Assembly: GCA_947569365.1 (NCBI GenBank)
Contig: CANOSM010000006.1
Span: 11,296-75,295, forward strand
Direction of reading: 5' to 3'
DNA from: an uncultured Clostridium sp.
Lineage (GTDB): Bacteria; Bacillota; Clostridia; TANB77; CAG-508
Length of the DNA stretch: 64,000 bases
A model generated the notes under the pieces. The model ran no database searches and was not told the DNA's origin. It saw only the letters and a program-made list of their open reading frames with translations. The translations under genes and the position numbers were made by a program. Positions 1 to 10,069 of the stretch are shown here, one piece after another; the first letter of the stretch is position 1; each line of letters begins with the position of its first letter.

Positions 1-1
1 T

Positions 2-754
2 AAGGATTTAGATTCTAGTTTAGTTAGTAAGACCGAAGAAATTCCTGGGTTAGGGATATTTTCTGAAGTTAATGGGCAAAATGTTTTTGTTGGTAATGAG
101 AAGTTAATGGAAAAAAATAATATTGCTTTTTCTAAGTGTGATGAAGTTGGTACTGTTTTACATGTTGCTATTGATGGAGTTTATGCTGGATATATTGTAA
201 TTGGTGATAAAATAAAATCTGATGCTAAACAAACTATTACTGATTTAAAGTCATATGGTGTTAAACAAACTGTTATGCTTACTGGTGATAGAAAAGTGGT
301 TGGAGAAAGTGTAGCTAATAATCTTGGTATTGATATTGTTTATACAGATTTATTGCCACAGGATAAGGCTAAAAAGTTAGAGGAAATTATGAAAGCTAAA
401 TCTTCTAATAGTACAGTTGCATTTGTTGGTGATGGCATGAATGATGCTCCTGTTTTAGCAATTTCTGATGTTGGTATTGCTATGGGAGGATTAGGTGCTG
501 ATAGTGCTATTGAAGCGGCTGATGTTGTTATTATGAATGATGAACCATCTAAAATTATTACTAGTGTTAAGATTGCAAGAAAAACTTTAAGAATTGTAAA
601 ACAAAATATTGTTTTTGCTATTTTTGTTAAGGTTTTAGTACTTATTTTTAGTGCCTTTGGTTTATCTACAATGTGGGAAGCTGTTTTTGCTGATGTTGGC
701 GTTTCTGTACTTGCTGTTTTAAATGCACTTCGTGCTCTAAAAAGCAAAATTTAA
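2..754 (+). CDS. P1B-type heavy-metal-translocating ATPase, C-terminal part (5' end outside window)
   Basis: The frame is open from base 2. The translation has LTGDR, the hinge motif VGDGMNDAPVLA and two terminal TM helices typical of Cd/Zn/Co-type P-type ATPases. Confidence 0.85.
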   Translation, partial: KDLDSSLVSKTEEIPGLGIFSEVNGQNVFVGNEKLMEKNNIAFSKCDEVGTVLHVAIDGVYAGYIVIGDKIKSDAKQTITDLKSYGVKQTVMLTGDRKVVGESVANNLGIDIVYTDLLPQDKAKKLEEIMKAKSSNSTVAFVGDGMNDAPVLAISDVGIAMGGLGADSAIEAADVVIMNDEPSKIITSVKIARKTLRIVKQNIVFAIFVKVLVLIFSAFGLSTMWEAVFADVGVSVLAVLNALRALKSKI

Positions 755-829
755 AAAATGCAAATACATTTACAAACAACATTTTTAAGTTTATAATATT
801 AATAGTAATTAAAAGAAAGGATGATTTAA

Positions 830-1033
830 ATGAAAGAATTTATAATAAAAGTTGATGGAATGGTATGTGGAGGATGTGAAAACAGAATTCAAACAGCTAT
901 AAAATCTATGAAAGGTGTAAAAAAAGTAGTTGCTGATTATAAAAAAGGAATTGTTACTATTTTAGCTAAAGATGATATTAATGAAAAAGAAATAAAAGAA
1001 AAGATTAAAGATATTGGGTTTGAAGTACTTTAA
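830..1033 (+). CDS. copZ: copper chaperone, heavy-metal-associated (HMA) domain protein
   Basis: 67 aa with a GMVCGGCE (MxCxxC) metal-binding motif. GGA-rich RBS (aaaggatga) upstream. It sits directly upstream of a copA-like ATPase. Confidence 0.85.
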   Translation: MKEFIIKVDGMVCGGCENRIQTAIKSMKGVKKVVADYKKGIVTILAKDDINEKEIKEKIKDIGFEVL

Positions 1034-1087
1034 AAATATTAGGTTTAAAGTAATTTGAAAAATTGTAGGAAGGAAATTTAATTCAAA

Positions 1088-3298
1088 ATGAAAAAAATTA
1101 TCTTAGCAATTGATGGTATGACTTGTAGTGCTTGTTCTAATGGGCTTGAGAAATATTTGAATAAGCAAACTGGTATTTCAGAAGCTTTTGTTAATTTAGT
1201 TATGGCAAATGCTTCTATCGAATATGATGAAAATATTTTAAATCAAAAAAAGATAGAACAATTTGTAAAAGAAGCTGGTTTTAAAAGTTTAGGATTATTT
1301 AGTGAAACTAACTTAGAAGGTCAAACAAAAAGCGAAAAAGTAAAGTTTTTTGTGTTTTTGATTCTTTCTATTATCTTAATGTATGTATCAATGGGACATA
1401 TGTTAGGTTTACCTAGTTTTGATTTTTTAAATATGCATACAAACCCTATTTCTTATACAATTATATTATTTTTGCTTACTATTCCTTTTTTGTTTTATGG
1501 TTTTGATATTTTGAAAAATGGTTATAAAAATTTAATACATAAAACACCTAATATGGATACATTAGTAGGTATTGGTGTTATAAGTAGTTTGCTATATAGT
1601 TTTTATAGTATGTATTTTATTTTTCAAGGAAATCATCATCATGTAGAAAATTTATATTTTGAATCTGCTGCTATTGTTATATTTTTTATTAAATTAGGAA
1701 GATATTTAGACCGAATTAGTAAGGATAAAACAAAAGATGCAATTCAAAAATTAGTAAAGATAACACCTCAATTTGCTGTTATTAAAGTAGATGGTATAGA
1801 AAAGCAGGTAACTATTGATGAAGTAAAAAAAGGTGATACTGTTATTAGTAAGCCTGGTGAAAAAATTGCTGTTGATGGAGAAATTATTTTAGGGAAGGCC
1901 CATTTAGATGAAGCTTTTATTACTGGTGAAAGTAAAAAGCCTTCTAAAACTGTTGGCGAAAAAGTTATTGCTGGAAGTATTAATTATGATGGGTATTTAG
2001 AATACAGAGCCGAAAAAATCGGAAAAGATTCTACTATATCTGAAATTGTCAGATTAGTAATTGAAGCAACAAATACAAAGGCTCCTATTGCTAAAGTTGC
2101 TGATACTGTAAGTGGATATTTTGTTCCTGCCGTAATGTTAATTGCCTTATTTACTTTTTTAGCATATTTAATTTTAGGATATGGCTTTAATTCAGCTATT
2201 GTAACTTTTGTAACAATCTTAGTAGTTGCATGTCCTTGTAGCCTTGGTCTAGCAACACCTCTTGCTATTGTTGTAAGTGAAGGTTTATGTGCAAGTAATG
2301 GCATTTTAATAAAGAAAAGTGAGATTTTAGAAAATGCTCTAAAAACTAATACTGTTGTTTTTGATAAAACTGGAACTTTGACTTATGGAACTTTAAAAAT
2401 TGCTGAAGTTATAAACTATAGTGACATTCCAAAAGATGATTTATTACAATTAGTAGGAAGTATTGAAAGCAAGTCTACTCATCCAATCGGGAAAGCTTTT
2501 GTTGATTATTTAACAGAAAATAAATTAGAACTTTTATCTGTTGATAATTTTGAAAACATTGCTGGTCTTGGTGTTATAGGAAAAATAAATTCACAAGATT
2601 TTATTTTAGGAAATCATAAAATTCTTTCTTCTAATAATATTGAAAACACTCATTTAGACGAAGAAAAAGTTTTAGCAAGCAAAGGTAATAGTATTGTTTA
2701 TGTTGTAAAAGACTCGCAAATTATTGCTTTAATTGGTGTAAATGATTTGATTAGGGAAAATTGTAAAGAAGTAATTTCTCTTCTTTCAAAAAATAATATA
2801 GAAACAATTATGCTAACTGGTGACAAGAAAGAAACAGCTGAAAAAATAGCTAGCGACATTGGTATAACAAATGTTATGGCAGATGTATTACCTGCTAAAA
2901 AAGCTGCTGTTATAAAACAATTAAAATCTGATGGTAAATTTGTTATGATGTGTGGCGATGGAATCAATGATAGTCCTGCTTTAGCAAGTTCAGACATTGG
3001 TGTTAGTTTTAATAGCGGAACTGATATAGCTTCTGATGCTTCTGATGTTATTTTAACTACTAACAATTTACATCGTATTATTGATTTAATGTCAATTAGT
3101 AAAAAAACTATTCGTATTATTAAACAAAATCTTTTTTGGGCGTTTTTTTATAATTGTTTGATGATTCCGATTAGTATGGGCATCCTTTCGCCTTTGGGAA
3201 TTACAATTACACCTATGCTTGCTAGTTTTGCTATGGTTATAAGTAGTTTCACTGTTATTTTAAATACATTAAGGCTAAGGGCAAGTTCGGACTATTAA
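1088..3298 (+). CDS. copA: copper-translocating P1B-type ATPase
   Basis: 736 aa with an N-terminal HMA motif GMTCSACS, a CPC motif in the TM helix (VACPCSLGLATP), the phosphorylation site FDKTGTLT and the hinge CGDGINDSPAL. Confidence 0.92.
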   Translation: MKKIILAIDGMTCSACSNGLEKYLNKQTGISEAFVNLVMANASIEYDENILNQKKIEQFVKEAGFKSLGLFSETNLEGQTKSEKVKFFVFLILSIILMYVSMGHMLGLPSFDFLNMHTNPISYTIILFLLTIPFLFYGFDILKNGYKNLIHKTPNMDTLVGIGVISSLLYSFYSMYFIFQGNHHHVENLYFESAAIVIFFIKLGRYLDRISKDKTKDAIQKLVKITPQFAVIKVDGIEKQVTIDEVKKGDTVISKPGEKIAVDGEIILGKAHLDEAFITGESKKPSKTVGEKVIAGSINYDGYLEYRAEKIGKDSTISEIVRLVIEATNTKAPIAKVADTVSGYFVPAVMLIALFTFLAYLILGYGFNSAIVTFVTILVVACPCSLGLATPLAIVVSEGLCASNGILIKKSEILENALKTNTVVFDKTGTLTYGTLKIAEVINYSDIPKDDLLQLVGSIESKSTHPIGKAFVDYLTENKLELLSVDNFENIAGLGVIGKINSQDFILGNHKILSSNNIENTHLDEEKVLASKGNSIVYVVKDSQIIALIGVNDLIRENCKEVISLLSKNNIETIMLTGDKKETAEKIASDIGITNVMADVLPAKKAAVIKQLKSDGKFVMMCGDGINDSPALASSDIGVSFNSGTDIASDASDVILTTNNLHRIIDLMSISKKTIRIIKQNLFWAFFYNCLMIPISMGILSPLGITITPMLASFAMVISSFTVILNTLRLRASSDY

Positions 3299-3362
3299 AT
3301 TATAAGTATATATAATCGCATTTAGAAATCATTGCTATATTACAATGGTTTCTTTTTATTGA

Positions 3363-3892
3363 CTTTTTTTAAATAATGTTAAAGCAATTTTAAATAGAAT
3401 GAACAAAGAAGGCATTATAGAAACTGCATACAAAGGTATTATTATATTCCTGTAGAAAATATATTTGGAAAAATGTTATTAGGTAATAGACAAATTATAC
3501 AATATAAATATATAATGGATAAAAACAGGAACATAAAGGGATATATTACTAGAGCAAAACTATTTAACAATATACATTTAACAACACAAGTTCCAAATAT
3601 TATTGATATAGCAACAAACGAATGTAAAAATTTCAATAAATATGAAAATAAAAATCTGAATGTAATAATAAGAAAGCCTAAAATAGAAGTAAATAATAAT
3701 AACTATAAATATTTACAACTATTTGATTTGATTGAAAACAAAGATAATATTAACATTGAAGTTGAAAATCCAGATGAAATAATCTATAATTTTATTACTA
3801 AAAACGAATTGGACTTTGAAAAAATAATTAAATATGCTATGGATACAAAAAGTAGAACTGTTATAAATAAAATACTTGTCCTAGCAAGATAA
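3363..3892 (+). pseudogene. DUF6088 / AbiEi_3-like antitoxin-family gene remnant (no start, one frameshift near 3437-3455)
   Basis: The frame open from 3363 reads NNVKAILNRMNKEGIIETAYKGI and then hits a stop. A second frame continues YYIPVENIFGK...IHLTTQVPNIIDIATNE into the 139-aa ORF. Joined, the pattern (L.RL.KEG.I....GIYYIP, then LGLSTQVP-like) resembles DUF6088/AbiEi family proteins. Confidence 0.5.
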
Positions 3893-3949
3893 GGGAGATA
3901 AATGAATTTACATTTAAAAAGAGAACTATTCAAACAATTTATAGATAAC

Positions 3950-4437
3950 TTAACAACGCAAACAGGCATAAACTCTGATATCTGTCATACAAGTAATAGC
4001 AAAGCGTAATTTATTTTGAATATTTTTGTAAAATTCTTGTGTAGTTTCACTATTTTTATCATAGTCAAAACTACATTCTTTGTATATATCAGTTATTTTT
4101 TGATAAAATCTTCTTTCACTTGCTCTTATTTCTTTTATCTTAACTAATAATTCATCAAAATAATCTTTTCCAAATTTGGGTCCATTTTTTAGCATTTCGC
4201 TATTAACAACAAATCCTTTTTTTATATATTCTTTTAAAGTTTTTGTTGTCCAAATTCTAAAATCCGTTACTTCTTTCGAATTTACTCTATAGCCAACTGC
4301 TATAATGGCATCTAAACTGTAAAAAGTTACTTCTCTTGAAACTTTTCGAGTTCCCTCATTTTGAACTACTCTAATTTTTTGAGTAGTTCGATTTTCTTCT
4401 AATTCTCCTGTTTTAAATATATTTTGTATAAGTAAAA
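3950..4437 (-). pseudogene. RhuM-family (virulence/Fic-associated) gene remnant, truncated at both ends
   Basis: The frame is open upstream of the listed 81-aa ORF with no start codon. It reads IQNIFKTGELEENRTTQKIRVVQNEGTRKVSREVTFYSLDAIIAVGYRVNSKEVTDFRIWTTKTLKEYIKKGFVVNSEMLKNGPKFGKDYFDELLVKIKEIRASERRFYQKITDIY, which is classic RhuM core sequence. The C-terminus degenerates after NKLRFAIT. Confidence 0.75.
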
Positions 4438-4495
4438 AAAGAGATTTTAAATACTCAAACTGGAAAAACCAGTTTTATATCTAAAATCTCTGAAA

Positions 4496-4571
4496 TGGTG
4501 ACTCATCTCGGGTTCGAACCGAGGACCTCCAGATTAAGAGTCTGTTGCTCTACCAACTGAGCTAATGAGCC
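4496..4571 (-). tRNA. tRNA-Lys (anticodon CTT), CCA encoded
   Basis: The reverse complement is GGCTCATTAGCTCAGTTGGTAGAGCAACAGACTCTTAATCTGGAGGTCCTCGGTTCGAACCCGAGATGAGTCACCA. It folds as a cloverleaf with a TTCGAAC T-loop and anticodon loop CTCTTAA. Confidence 0.9.
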
Positions 4572-4610
4572 ATTTACAAAGTTTCAAGCAAAATACTTGA
4601 AACTTTTTTT

Positions 4611-4639
4611 ATTATATTACCTTTTGTCTTAGTTGTCAA
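4611..4639 (-). promoter_or_regulatory. sigma-A type promoter for tRNA-Lys(CTT)
   Basis: The minus strand reads TTGACA, a 17-nt spacer, then TATAAT (both consensus hexamers). It lies about 40 nt upstream of the tRNA 5' end. Confidence 0.7.
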
Positions 4640-4643
4640 GAGT

Positions 4644-6632
4644 TTAGTTATTTGTTGTTTCTCCTGGAGTTGTTCCAGCACCTGTACTTGGGTCTGTTGG
4701 TTTTTCTTCTGTCGAACCTCCACCTGAAGGCTCTGTAGGTGTTGTTGGAGTCGTTGGTGTTTCTGGCGTTGTTGTTGGTGTCTCTGGAGTTTGTGGTTCT
4801 TGTGTTGTTTGATTATTTTGTGTTTCTGCCGCATTTGTTCCTTTTATAATGATTTTAGCCATAGCATCATATGTATCTCTTGAAAGCAATACAGTTGATA
4901 CTGGTTTTCCATTTAATAATTTTGTCATATATGTTTCTGTTTTTACTCCACTGTGTCCTTTTTGCTTTACTTGTTCTGTTCCTACTGGTAATGCTGCACT
5001 TTCTTCATATTTTGTTGTTTGTGGAATAGAAGCTATAGTTTTTGTACTAAATGTAAAAGTATATTCATTTTCTTCTTTTATTCCATACATAGATACTGTA
5101 GCAATTCCATTTTTTGCGCTAGCTACAATTCTAACAGGATATTTTCTTGTATTCTTAAATCTGAAGTCTGTCATTCCATATACAACAGTTGCATCTCTTC
5201 CTGCTGGTAGGTATGATGTAACAAATTGATGGTTTCTTCTTTCTACTATTTCTAAGTTAGATAGTAAAACTGTATTATATAGAGTTGAAGATATTTGACA
5301 TATTCCTCCCCCAATTCCGTCTACTACTTCTCCTCCTGCATAAATTTTTCCGTTTCTATAACCTGCTGCCGCTGTTCTAGGACCTAATGCTTTATTATAA
5401 GAGAATGTATCTCCTGCTAATACTATTTTTCCATTGATTTTTTGACATGCTATTACTAAGTTTGTTGTTCTGTTTACATCACTTGCGTCATATCTTGTAG
5501 TAAATGTTGCTAATTGGTCTGGAAATGCTTCTGAACCAATTTTGTCAATTGTTACTTTTGGTTTTGTTATTTTTAATTTGATTACATATTCTTCTTTTTC
5601 TTCTTTTAGCAATTCTTTTGCCGCTTCTACATCAAAATCAATTCCTTCAACTTCTGGGTAAATAGTGAATGGCTCTTTTGTGTAGTATGCGTCTTTTGCT
5701 TCTGTATAGACTTCTTCATGTATTTTGTCTATGTCTATTGTTTGTGGTTCTTTGTTTTCTGTTGGTATTTCTATATAATTATCATTTTTATTAATATCTT
5801 TTAATTCTTCTTTTACTGTTTCTAATAGGTGGTCTGTATTTATTGCAATTCCTGCTTTTCCTTTAGTAATTATTAATTCGTCTTCTTCAATTGCATAACT
5901 TGATTCAATAAGAACTCCTGGTAAATTAACTCCAATATCTTCTATAGTTTGCTTTGCTACATCTTCGTTTAATGTCATTTCAACATCAATATCTTTTTTT
6001 CCTATTTGTGTAAATAAAATATTGTAATTGTTTATAAATATATTGTCTCCTTTTCCTATTTCATAAGCTGCATTTACTGCTTTTTCCACATCATAATTAA
6101 CTTCCATTAGAGTAGGATTTAATGTTGTTTCATAGTCTTCATATTTTACTTCTATTTCTTTTTCTTTCTTTTCATTGTAAATAGTAGTTAACTTCTCGTT
6201 TGCTTCTTCCTTTGATAATCCTGAAACATCGATTCCAGAAATAGAAACTCCATTTATTATGTTTTCATTATTGATGTTGATTAATGCAAATATTGTTGAA
6301 CAAAAAGCAATTAAAACAATTGCTACTACCGCAATTATAGTTGGCATAACCCATTTTTTCTTGTTTTTTGGACTCATATTTTCTACTGTTTTTTCAACTT
6401 TTCTAGGATTTTCTTTTACTGGTTCGAACTTTTTTTCCTCTTCTTTGTTGTTTTCTTTTGGTTTATTTTCTTTTTGCTTTTTTTCGTTGTTGCTTTTATT
6501 TTCTACATCCTTATTTTTCTTAGTTTTTGCTTCTGGTTTTTTGTCAGGTTTTTCTTGTAGTTCTTTATCTTTTACTTCTTCTTGTTTCTTCATTTCTTTC
6601 TCCTCCGAATTTTCTTTTACTAATGCTTTCAT
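4644..6632 (-). CDS. VanW-family protein with G5 domain, N-terminal membrane anchor and low-complexity termini
   Basis: 662 aa. K/E-rich N-terminus, then a TM helix (VMPTIIAVVAIVLIAFCSTIFALI). VanW core (GDTFSYNKALGPRTAAAGYRNG...GGGICQISSTLYN...RNHQF). G5-like segment (LPVGTEQVKQKGHSGVKTETY). P/T-rich C-terminal tail. Confidence 0.85.
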   Translation of the reverse strand: MKALVKENSEEKEMKKQEEVKDKELQEKPDKKPEAKTKKNKDVENKSNNEKKQKENKPKENNKEEEKKFEPVKENPRKVEKTVENMSPKNKKKWVMPTIIAVVAIVLIAFCSTIFALININNENIINGVSISGIDVSGLSKEEANEKLTTIYNEKKEKEIEVKYEDYETTLNPTLMEVNYDVEKAVNAAYEIGKGDNIFINNYNILFTQIGKKDIDVEMTLNEDVAKQTIEDIGVNLPGVLIESSYAIEEDELIITKGKAGIAINTDHLLETVKEELKDINKNDNYIEIPTENKEPQTIDIDKIHEEVYTEAKDAYYTKEPFTIYPEVEGIDFDVEAAKELLKEEKEEYVIKLKITKPKVTIDKIGSEAFPDQLATFTTRYDASDVNRTTNLVIACQKINGKIVLAGDTFSYNKALGPRTAAAGYRNGKIYAGGEVVDGIGGGICQISSTLYNTVLLSNLEIVERRNHQFVTSYLPAGRDATVVYGMTDFRFKNTRKYPVRIVASAKNGIATVSMYGIKEENEYTFTFSTKTIASIPQTTKYEESAALPVGTEQVKQKGHSGVKTETYMTKLLNGKPVSTVLLSRDTYDAMAKIIIKGTNAAETQNNQTTQEPQTPETPTTTPETPTTPTTPTEPSGGGSTEEKPTDPSTGAGTTPGETTNN

Positions 6633-6806
6633 AACAACCTTTCCCCTTTTTCTTATTCTTACTCAATCTTATCACAAATTAAACATTTTTACAACTATCT
6701 ACAGTAATTTTATTCATTTATTATTAATATATACTGTATATTACAAATAGAAATATAAATATTTTGACAAAATATTTGATTTTTTTTACTTTTTTTAAAA
6801 AAATAC

Positions 6807-6835
6807 TTGAACATTGTAAAAATTAATATTATAAT
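6807..6835 (+). promoter_or_regulatory. sigma-A type promoter
   Basis: TTGAAC, a 17-nt spacer, then TATAAT, about 35 nt upstream of the 6871 start codon. Confidence 0.5.
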
Positions 6836-6870
6836 GTTGACAGCAAAAGATGAATAAGGAGAGAATAAAC

Positions 6871-7350
6871 ATGGAGTTAACAAAAAACATTTTTTTCAAT
6901 ACAGATAAATTAGTAGAAAATAACAAAGTAAAAATATCATATACAGGAAAACTTTTTCAAGATGCCTCTTGCGAAGAAGTTTCTATTCATTATGGTTTCG
7001 GCTTAAATTGGGACAATGTTAATGATGTAAAAATGGAAAAAACAGATTTAGGTTTCCAAGCTGAAATTGAATTAGGCGAAGGCGATACTTTTAATTTCTG
7101 TTTTAATGATGGAAATGGTAATTGGGATAATAATAATGGTCAAAATTACATTTTTCCTTTAGAAAAAGTACATAGTGAATTATTAGTTTTAGAAGATGAG
7201 CCTGTTTCTTTAGGGTCTGCTAAAAAATTAAGAAGGTCTTATTTATGGAGTAAAAAGGTTCGTTTAGCTGTTTATAAATTGATTACTTATCTTCCAAAAA
7301 TAATTTCTGGAAATTATAAAAGAAAATTAAAAAATAACGAAATTAATTAA
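6871..7350 (+). CDS. small protein with carbohydrate-binding-module-like (CBM20/25-type) motif
   Basis: The ATG at 6871 is preceded by AAGGAGAG, whereas the track start at 6850 has no RBS. The motif FNFCFNDGNGNWDNNNGQNYIF resembles starch/glycan-binding modules. The C-terminal basic tail contains a hydrophobic helix. Confidence 0.45.
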   Translation: MELTKNIFFNTDKLVENNKVKISYTGKLFQDASCEEVSIHYGFGLNWDNVNDVKMEKTDLGFQAEIELGEGDTFNFCFNDGNGNWDNNNGQNYIFPLEKVHSELLVLEDEPVSLGSAKKLRRSYLWSKKVRLAVYKLITYLPKIISGNYKRKLKNNEIN

Positions 7351-7393
7351 AAAACAAATATAAGCATTTCATATCTATCTTGTACAAAAAAAA

Positions 7394-7416
7394 GCGACTT
7401 TCTAAAGTCGTTTTTT
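7394..7416. terminator. bidirectional intrinsic terminator
   Basis: AAAAAAAA-GCGACTT-tcta-AAGTCG-TTTTTT hairpin flanked by A- and T-runs, between two convergent genes. Confidence 0.75.
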
Positions 7417-7443
7417 GTTTTAAATATTTATCTACTTTTAAAT

Positions 7444-8175
7444 TTATCTAATAACCCAACCACCATTTATAGATATAATTTGTCCTGTTGTAAAATCATC
7501 TTCTATTAGCCATTTTACACATTTAGCAATATCTTCTACTTTTCCTATTTTGCCTAATGGTGTTTCATTCTTTAATTGATTTATTTCCTCTTCATTTAAA
7601 TTAGCATTCATTTCAGTATTAATTGCCCCAGGAGCAATTGAATTAACTCTTATATTAGATGGTCCTAGTTCTTTTGCAAGACTTTTTGTTAAACCATCCA
7701 TTCCTGCTTTTGAGATAGAATATAATACTTCTAATGACGCTCCTACTAATCCCCAAATTGATGAAATATTTATTATACATCCTTGTTTGTTATGTATCAT
7801 ATTAGGTGTTACTTCTTGTGACATTACAAATGCTGAATATAGGTTAGTATTTATAATTCGATTCCAATCCTCATCTGTTTCATCTGTAAATATTTTGTAT
7901 TCACTAATTCCTGCATTATTTATTAGAATATCTATCTTTTTATATTTTTCTAAAGCATATTGTACTAGTTTTTTAGCTTCTTCTCTTTTGCTTACATCTG
8001 CTTTTACTATGTCTATTTCTATGTTTTCTATTTTTAGTTCTTCTTTTAATTCTTTTGCCTCTTTTTCTGATTTATTATAATTAGCTATTATTTTTATCCC
8101 GCTTCTAGCTAGTTGTTTTGCTATTTCTCTTCCTATTCCTCTTGATGCTCCTGTTATTATTGCAATTTTTTCCAT
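7444..8175 (-). CDS. fabG: SDR-family 3-oxoacyl-ACP reductase-like oxidoreductase
   Basis: TGASRGIG cofactor motif, NNAG, and the S...YSISK catalytic pattern. The ATG at 8175 (MEKIAIITG) follows an AGAGGGA RBS. Confidence 0.8.
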   Translation of the reverse strand: MEKIAIITGASRGIGREIAKQLARSGIKIIANYNKSEKEAKELKEELKIENIEIDIVKADVSKREEAKKLVQYALEKYKKIDILINNAGISEYKIFTDETDEDWNRIINTNLYSAFVMSQEVTPNMIHNKQGCIINISSIWGLVGASLEVLYSISKAGMDGLTKSLAKELGPSNIRVNSIAPGAINTEMNANLNEEEINQLKNETPLGKIGKVEDIAKCVKWLIEDDFTTGQIISINGGWVIR

Positions 8176-8246
8176 TTTATTTCCCTCTTTCATTTTTATA
8201 AATGAGAGTGCCTATTAGGGCACTCTTGATTAATTCAATGTTTACT

Positions 8247-8678
8247 TCAATTATTAACTGGCATTGATATATCAACATAAATCACTATGCATTCGTACTG
8301 ATTTTTCTTTCCTATGTAATTTGCATGAAATACAGGATATGTAATTGTATCCGTATATGGATATTCATGCGTATTGAAAATCTTTACAAATTTTTGCAAT
8401 ATTTCTTCTAACTTCCCATCACTACAGTTAAAAGTCGGATAATATACATATTCGTAATCTTTTCTGTTTAGAGGATAATTATACCATAGAATTATTTTAC
8501 TCTCATTGGCATGTAAATTAATTTCCATATTAGCATAACGTCCTAATCCCCAAAAGATAGATTCTATAGTGCTCATTACCCAATAGTATATTGTCTTTGC
8601 TGCCCGTTCTTCTAGGTTACTAGTTTTAAAGTAATCCTCATACCTTTTTGTCATTTCTTTTGACCTTGAATTTTTCAT
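8247..8678 (-). CDS. hypothetical protein
   Basis: 143-aa ORF with a GGAGG RBS upstream (atggaggtaaaaaaATG). No recognisable motif. Confidence 0.5.
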   Translation of the reverse strand: MKNSRSKEMTKRYEDYFKTSNLEERAAKTIYYWVMSTIESIFWGLGRYANMEINLHANESKIILWYNYPLNRKDYEYVYYPTFNCSDGKLEEILQKFVKIFNTHEYPYTDTITYPVFHANYIGKKNQYECIVIYVDISMPVNN

Positions 8679-8750
8679 TTTTTTACCTCCATAATTAATT
8701 TATTTTCGGGATACTTTATACATTCTTGCTTTAGCAAGCTAATTTAAGTT

Positions 8751-9137
8751 GTGATGTTATTATACCATATCAATAAATATAATTCAAATGGAGTTCCAGG
8801 AAAAATTGAAATTTTAGATTATTTATATACTCAAAATATATGGGAATTTCTTATAATATCTATAAAATCTTCTATAAAAACAGAAGAAGTTAATGGAAAA
8901 GAGTGTTATAGAATAAATGTAAGTTGTTTTGACATATTCTGTTTTGATAATCATAGACTAGATACATATTATTTTGAAAAAGAAACTGGATTACTTATCA
9001 GAAAAGAAAATGGTACATCTGGATATGATGGTGATAAAATTAATTTAGTATCAGATTATTATTATGAATTTGATATAGTAAAAGATGATGATTTAAAAGA
9101 GCCCGATATATCTGAATATACAATTCAAGAAAATTAA
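8751..9137 (+). CDS. hypothetical protein, possibly an N-terminally truncated LolA/DUF4367-like fragment
   Basis: 128-aa ORF with a GTG start, no clear RBS and no signal peptide. Followed by a hairpin terminator at 9141-9180. Confidence 0.3.
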   Translation: MMLLYHINKYNSNGVPGKIEILDYLYTQNIWEFLIISIKSSIKTEEVNGKECYRINVSCFDIFCFDNHRLDTYYFEKETGLLIRKENGTSGYDGDKINLVSDYYYEFDIVKDDDLKEPDISEYTIQEN

Positions 9138-9222
9138 ATAATTAAAGTAAAAGCAAGTATTTTATTGTACTTGCTTTTATTATATACTGTCAAAAATAGT
9201 ATTTAGCTTTTAAAATTAGAAT

Positions 9223-9774
9223 TTATAAAGAAATAGTATTATAAATGCTACCAATATTACCAACTTGTTCCCCAGTTGCTAAAATAATTGGATAATAATT
9301 ATTCTTTGCCATCCATTCATAAATCTCATAAGAATGATTACAGCTCATAGTATAAGCATCTTTTAAAAATTGTCTCAATTTTGAATTAGTAGTTTCCATA
9401 GAAGCAATAGCATATTCCTTTCCAGCTCTTTTTAAAGTTAAGAAATAAGATAAAGCGATTTCTCTATCTGTTAAAGTTTTGACATCTGTATTAACAGTAA
9501 CAGGATTAGCATTTTTAGTCTCACAAACCTTTTCTGAAAAGATAGAAGTATTTAATTCTGGAACATTTAATTTACCTGTTGCAGTTTCTACATCTTTTAC
9601 AAATTCTACTTTCCTGTTATAATCTTCGACATGTATAGGAAAATGATTATTTAATAATGCCTTTAATTCTTCATTAGTAACTTGATTTTTAAATAATGAC
9701 ATACAAGTAATTGTATTAACACAACTTGTTATTAATTCGTTTAAGTAACTTAACTCACATATTGTTAATTTCAT
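9223..9774 (-). CDS. spore coat protein F (CotF/Coat_F domain)-like protein
   Basis: 183 aa. The pattern LTDREIALSYFLTLKRAGKEYAIASMETTNSKLRQFLKDAYTMSCNHSYEIYEWMAKNNYYP matches the Coat_F domain architecture. GGAGG RBS upstream. Confidence 0.6.
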   Translation of the reverse strand: MKLTICELSYLNELITSCVNTITCMSLFKNQVTNEELKALLNNHFPIHVEDYNRKVEFVKDVETATGKLNVPELNTSIFSEKVCETKNANPVTVNTDVKTLTDREIALSYFLTLKRAGKEYAIASMETTNSKLRQFLKDAYTMSCNHSYEIYEWMAKNNYYPIILATGEQVGNIGSIYNTISL

Positions 9775-9865
9775 AGTAATCTACCTCCGTTTTTTATATT
9801 ATGCCGTTTTATAGTTTAATTTATTCAATAAATTTATATAAAAATCAATCAATTTACTATTATAC

Positions 9866-9921
9866 GCAAAAATAAAAGCCAGCAATCAAGACTATTTCAA
9901 GACTACTGACAATATTGGAGC
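9866..9921. repeat. 56-bp direct repeat, left copy (tRNA-Thr 3'-terminal 6 nt plus 50 bp of its downstream flank)
   Basis: GCAAAAATAAAAGCCAGCAATCAAGACTATTTCAAGACTACTGACAATATTGGAGC is identical to 11204-11259. Here it is followed by unrelated sequence rather than by the tRNA. Confidence 0.9.
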
Positions 9922-10069
9922 GGACGTCATAGTTATCTACAACTTTTCTCTCTTGACTACTGATACAAATATCAATCAATTTACTAAAAAATATCATATT
10001 TTTAGTAAATTACAATAAACTTTGTTCATTGTGAAAATAATTATCAGAAATTCATTATTAATATAGTTT

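Noticed and set aside
340-3066. Minus-strand ORFs 340-747, 1984-2304 and 2698-3066.
   Set aside because: They are antisense to well-supported P-type ATPase genes and are shadow ORFs.
4574-4834. 86-aa minus-strand Q/K/H-rich ORF.
   Set aside because: It overlaps, in an alternative frame, the P/T-rich tail of the VanW gene and the tRNA promoter. It is a low-complexity artefact.
6259-6750. 163-aa plus-strand ORF, plus 4849-5229 and 5019-5210.
   Set aside because: They are antisense to the VanW/G5 gene. The F/S/L-rich translation mirrors the K/E-rich N-terminus of the real protein.
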